Below are positions 60,801 through 64,000 of a DNA stretch of 64,000 nucleotides, piece by piece. Under the pieces are notes generated by a model that was given only the letters and a program-made list of their open reading frames with translations, was not told the origin of the DNA and did not search any database. A program made the position numbers and the translations under genes. Origin of the DNA: Paecilomyces variotii (lineage: Eukaryota). The stretch lies in the NCBI GenBank assembly GCA_004022145.1, contig RCNU01000001.1, one strand, 5' to 3'. Numbering within the stretch: position 1 is the first letter of the stretch; the number at the start of each line of letters is the position of its first letter.

Positions 60801-63800
60801 CATTGTTCTCGAGCAAATGATAAGCTCAATGGCTGGAATCATCACTGACACGAATTTCAACGATAATCAGATCCAGGCCATGGCTGGTGGTGAAGTACTT
60901 CAAGCTCAGACTATGCTTCAGCTTCTTGATAAGAGGCATGAATCTAAGACGACATCGAGACGCCTCATGAAAGCTTTGACAGACTCAAAGTTGGCTGGGC
61001 AATTGCTTATTGCTATAGCCCAGGAGCGTGCAACGTGTGTTTTCAAGGAATCGGAAAACACCTCGGAACTCAAGTTGCTGGGCAATATATTCGACGAAAT
61101 TCACCGGATTCTCACACAGTATCTGGATCTCTTACGGAGCAACCTATCCGTTACTGAATTCGACTCATTCGTGCCGGGACTAGCTTCTTTGATCAGTGAG
61201 TTCGGGATTGAGCCAGAAATCGCTTTCTGGATCAGCCGCGCGAGTCTCTGCCAGAAAGTGGCGGAGGTCGATCGTGCTGCGCAGGAAGAGGAAAAGAAGC
61301 GTAAAAGTGAGAGTGGGGACGATTCGCCCTCTAAAGCCGCTGATGGAGATGTGGAAATGGTTGACGATGAGGAGGCCGGGGAAGCGACCGACAAGGAGGG
61401 TGCTAGCTCTGCTGATAACGCCATGGACGTTGACAAGGAGACGCAACCTGCCGCAATTGAGACGAACGGTGTTACCCCCAGTGAAAGGGCAGCCCATACC
61501 GGAGTTTCTACGACTAATGGCGACTCAGTTCCATGGCACCCAGTTGTGCAGGAGTTAATGGATCAGGTCAAGAGTGCCCTGACTCCAGAAACCTGGGAAG
61601 TTGTTGGCTTGCCATTCTACGTGACTTTCTGGCAACTTTCTCTGTACGACGTCCACATCCCTCAGAAGGCTTATGAGGACGAGATCGAGCGGCAGAAGAA
61701 GAAAGTCATCGCCATTGGAAACGATCGATCTGATGTTAGTATGGCAGGCACACAGCGGAAAGAAAGAGAAAAGAAACAGATTACGGAACTCCAGGAACGG
61801 ATATTGGAGGAGAACAAGCACCACCTGAAGTCATACGGTCAGACGAGGGCTAGATTACAGAAGGAGAAAGATCGATGGTTTGTCGGCATGCGAGGCAAGC
61901 ATGATGCCCTGAATGTGGCCATATTGGAACAGTGCTTGCTACCGCGACTCCTTCTCTCCCCTGTCGATGCATTTTACTGTTTCAAGATGCTCAAATATCT
62001 TCACAACTCGGGGACGCCAAACTTCCGCACAGTTGGCCTTTTGGATCAACTTTTCAGGGACCAACGCCTTACTGCATTGATTTTCCAGTGTACCTCGAAG
62101 GAGGCCGACAACCTTGGACGTTTCCTCAACGAAATCCTCCGAGATCTAAGCCGATGGCATGCTGACAAGGCCGTATATGAAAAGGAGGCGTTTGGAACAA
62201 AGAGGGATCTTCCTGGATTTGCGATGGCCGTTGACCCTGAGGGTAAACCCGCGACCTTCTTGGACTATGAGGACTTCCGTCGGCTGCTTTACAAGTGGCA
62301 CCGGCTCATAGCATCGGCCCTAAAGACCTGTCTTAACGGAGGAGAATACATGCACATCCGAAATTCCATTAGTATTCTCAAGGCTATTGTTCAATATTTC
62401 CCCGCTGTGAACTGGATCGGTCGCGATATGCTCACTAGCGTCAACAACCTAAGCCAGAACGACGAGAGAGACGATGTCAAGACGCCTGCGGCATCTCTGA
62501 TCGGAGATCTCAACAGGAGAGAAAAGAGATGGATGCTACCGCAAGCATTCATGATTGTGAGTCAACCATAAACCCATAGTCAGATCGAGGCTAATACACC
62601 CAAGAATGAGTCCATACCAGCTGGAAAGTCCAAGGCACCCCGGCCTCGGTCTACTACCCCGAGACCGCTGAGCGCAACAGCTCCAGAATTCAAGCCAATA
62701 GCAGCTACGAAGTGAGTCGATCTGCCATAACTGGATCCCAATTGGACTGATAGTTCTGATAATGATATCCTTTCTAGTGTCAACGGCGGTGCGAGGGCTG
62801 CAGGTACCGGGAAGACAGAAGTCGAGGATGGAGAGATTGAAGATGCGAAGATGACAGATACACAAGCCGAGGCAACATCTGAAGAGGCCAAGAAAGAGGA
62901 TGAACAGGCCGAGTCTCTGGTGGAGACAGCCAAGGAAGAATCTAGGCCTGAGACAGCTGCTGCGTCCCAAGATACGGTGCCTGAGTCCAGAGAAGCTGAC
63001 CAGCATCCTTCCCGTGCTCGAGTCTCGCCTTCACCGTCACGATCACGCCCCAGCCCCAAGCCATCAGACACTTCCCGCCCATCAAACGTGCCTAAGAGAC
63101 CAGATATCGACAGAACGTCTTCGAATAATCTCACATCTCGTACAGACCCGAATCTACCGAGCAGGCCAGAACCTCGTCCCTACAGACATGGCGACGGTCG
63201 AGGACCCAGGGGGCAACCGGATCTCATTGATGAGAGACGCGATCCTAGGGACAGCAGGCATCCGGAATTTTCGAGGTCTGGGAGGTTTGGAGAGCATGAT
63301 CGTGATCGCTCTTTCGAACATGGCAGGCCTGACCGTCTTGAGCCTCCTCGTGGTGATAGAGACTTCCCTACCAGACCAGATGATCAATTCCGCGGGCCCT
63401 CGTATCGAGACCGTCCACCCCGTGAGGCAGACTGGCCTGAGAGACCAGGACGCGGGCGTCCACCTCCAATAGAAGGGTACCATGGAAGGGCAGATACCGA
63501 TCGCTTTTCGAGGGACGGGCCTCTCCCTCTGCGGACCGGGGTCCAGCCTCACCCTGACCGGGCAGAGCTCATTCGTGAACATCCTGATCGGGCGTCTCTC
63601 ATCGAAAATGAGGGGCATCGCCGTGGAGAGAAGGACGAGCGGAGGTCTCATTCTTCGAGGACATCATCTCCACCTAGGTTAGATGACTCGCGACCGCCTC
63701 CCCGTCCAGAACGCTTTGACGACCGCAGAGGTCCTGGTTACCCTTCGCGACAGGACGACTTCCCTAGTGGACCTCGCAGCGAACGGCCTGGTCGTGGTGA

Positions 63801-64000
63801 TATACCTGAATCCAAAGACTCATGGGGAGGACCGGATCTTTCGCATGGACGGTTACGGCCACCTGAGCAGCCCTCAGACATCCCTTCGGGACCCAGAGGG
63901 AGAAATGCAGGGCGACGCGATGCCCGCAATGCACAACACGCACCTCCTGCTCCTCCGGTTAATTCGACGCCTCTTCCGGAGCGTCAACCACCGACTGGCC
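57832..64000 (+). CDS. THO2: THO complex subunit 2 (Tho2/THOC2); continues beyond the window
   Basis: TNLLYRQSNYNLLREESEGYSKL; MIGAFDMDVGRALD; QIESYENLIEVVVECARYFTYLGYDIL; FYVTFWQLSLYD; EYMHIRNSISIL. Two introns near 62557-62777, then an R/D/P-rich tail. Confidence 0.96.

Noticed and set aside
1..64000. Starship/giant transposon, LTR or DDE transposase, CRISPR array, dispersed 5S rRNA, PKS/NRPS cluster
   Set aside because: No tyrosine recombinase captain, RT/integrase/transposase ORF, regularly spaced repeats, 5S sequence or backbone synthase was seen. Degenerate copies could be missed by eye.

Overview
Gene-dense, intron-containing filamentous ascomycete DNA. Protein style and short GT-AG introns with CTRAC branch points suggest Eurotiales (Aspergillus/Paecilomyces-like); the species cannot be fixed from sequence alone. 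About 22 protein genes are visible. Most are conserved housekeeping genes: ARB1/ABCF2, cyclin H, Ubc1, Rpt2, WDR70, a NIPA transporter, an Atg38-like protein, a Lam/GRAM-VASt sterol transporter, Rps29, an RRM-RGG-RRM protein, Gcs1, mitochondrial EF-G2, Vps17 and Tho2 (which runs off the window end). Smaller accessory-looking blocks are interspersed: an intronless enoyl-reductase-like gene, a Zn2Cys6 factor next to a divergent mitoferrin, an orphan nuclear protein, and an oxidoreductase pair beside a probable cytochrome P450 relic. I found no tRNA, rRNA, CRISPR array, intact transposon or Starship captain, and no clearly demonstrable new multi-gene system. The best leads are hypotheses: a FFAT-like motif next to an Atg8-binding motif in the Atg38-like protein, the Zn2Cys6/mitoferrin pair, a NirA-type site upstream of the HPP gene, a structured intron in the RRM gene, two pseudogene relics, and an EDGEI motif in Tho2. 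Exon boundaries were read by eye and may be off by a few bases.
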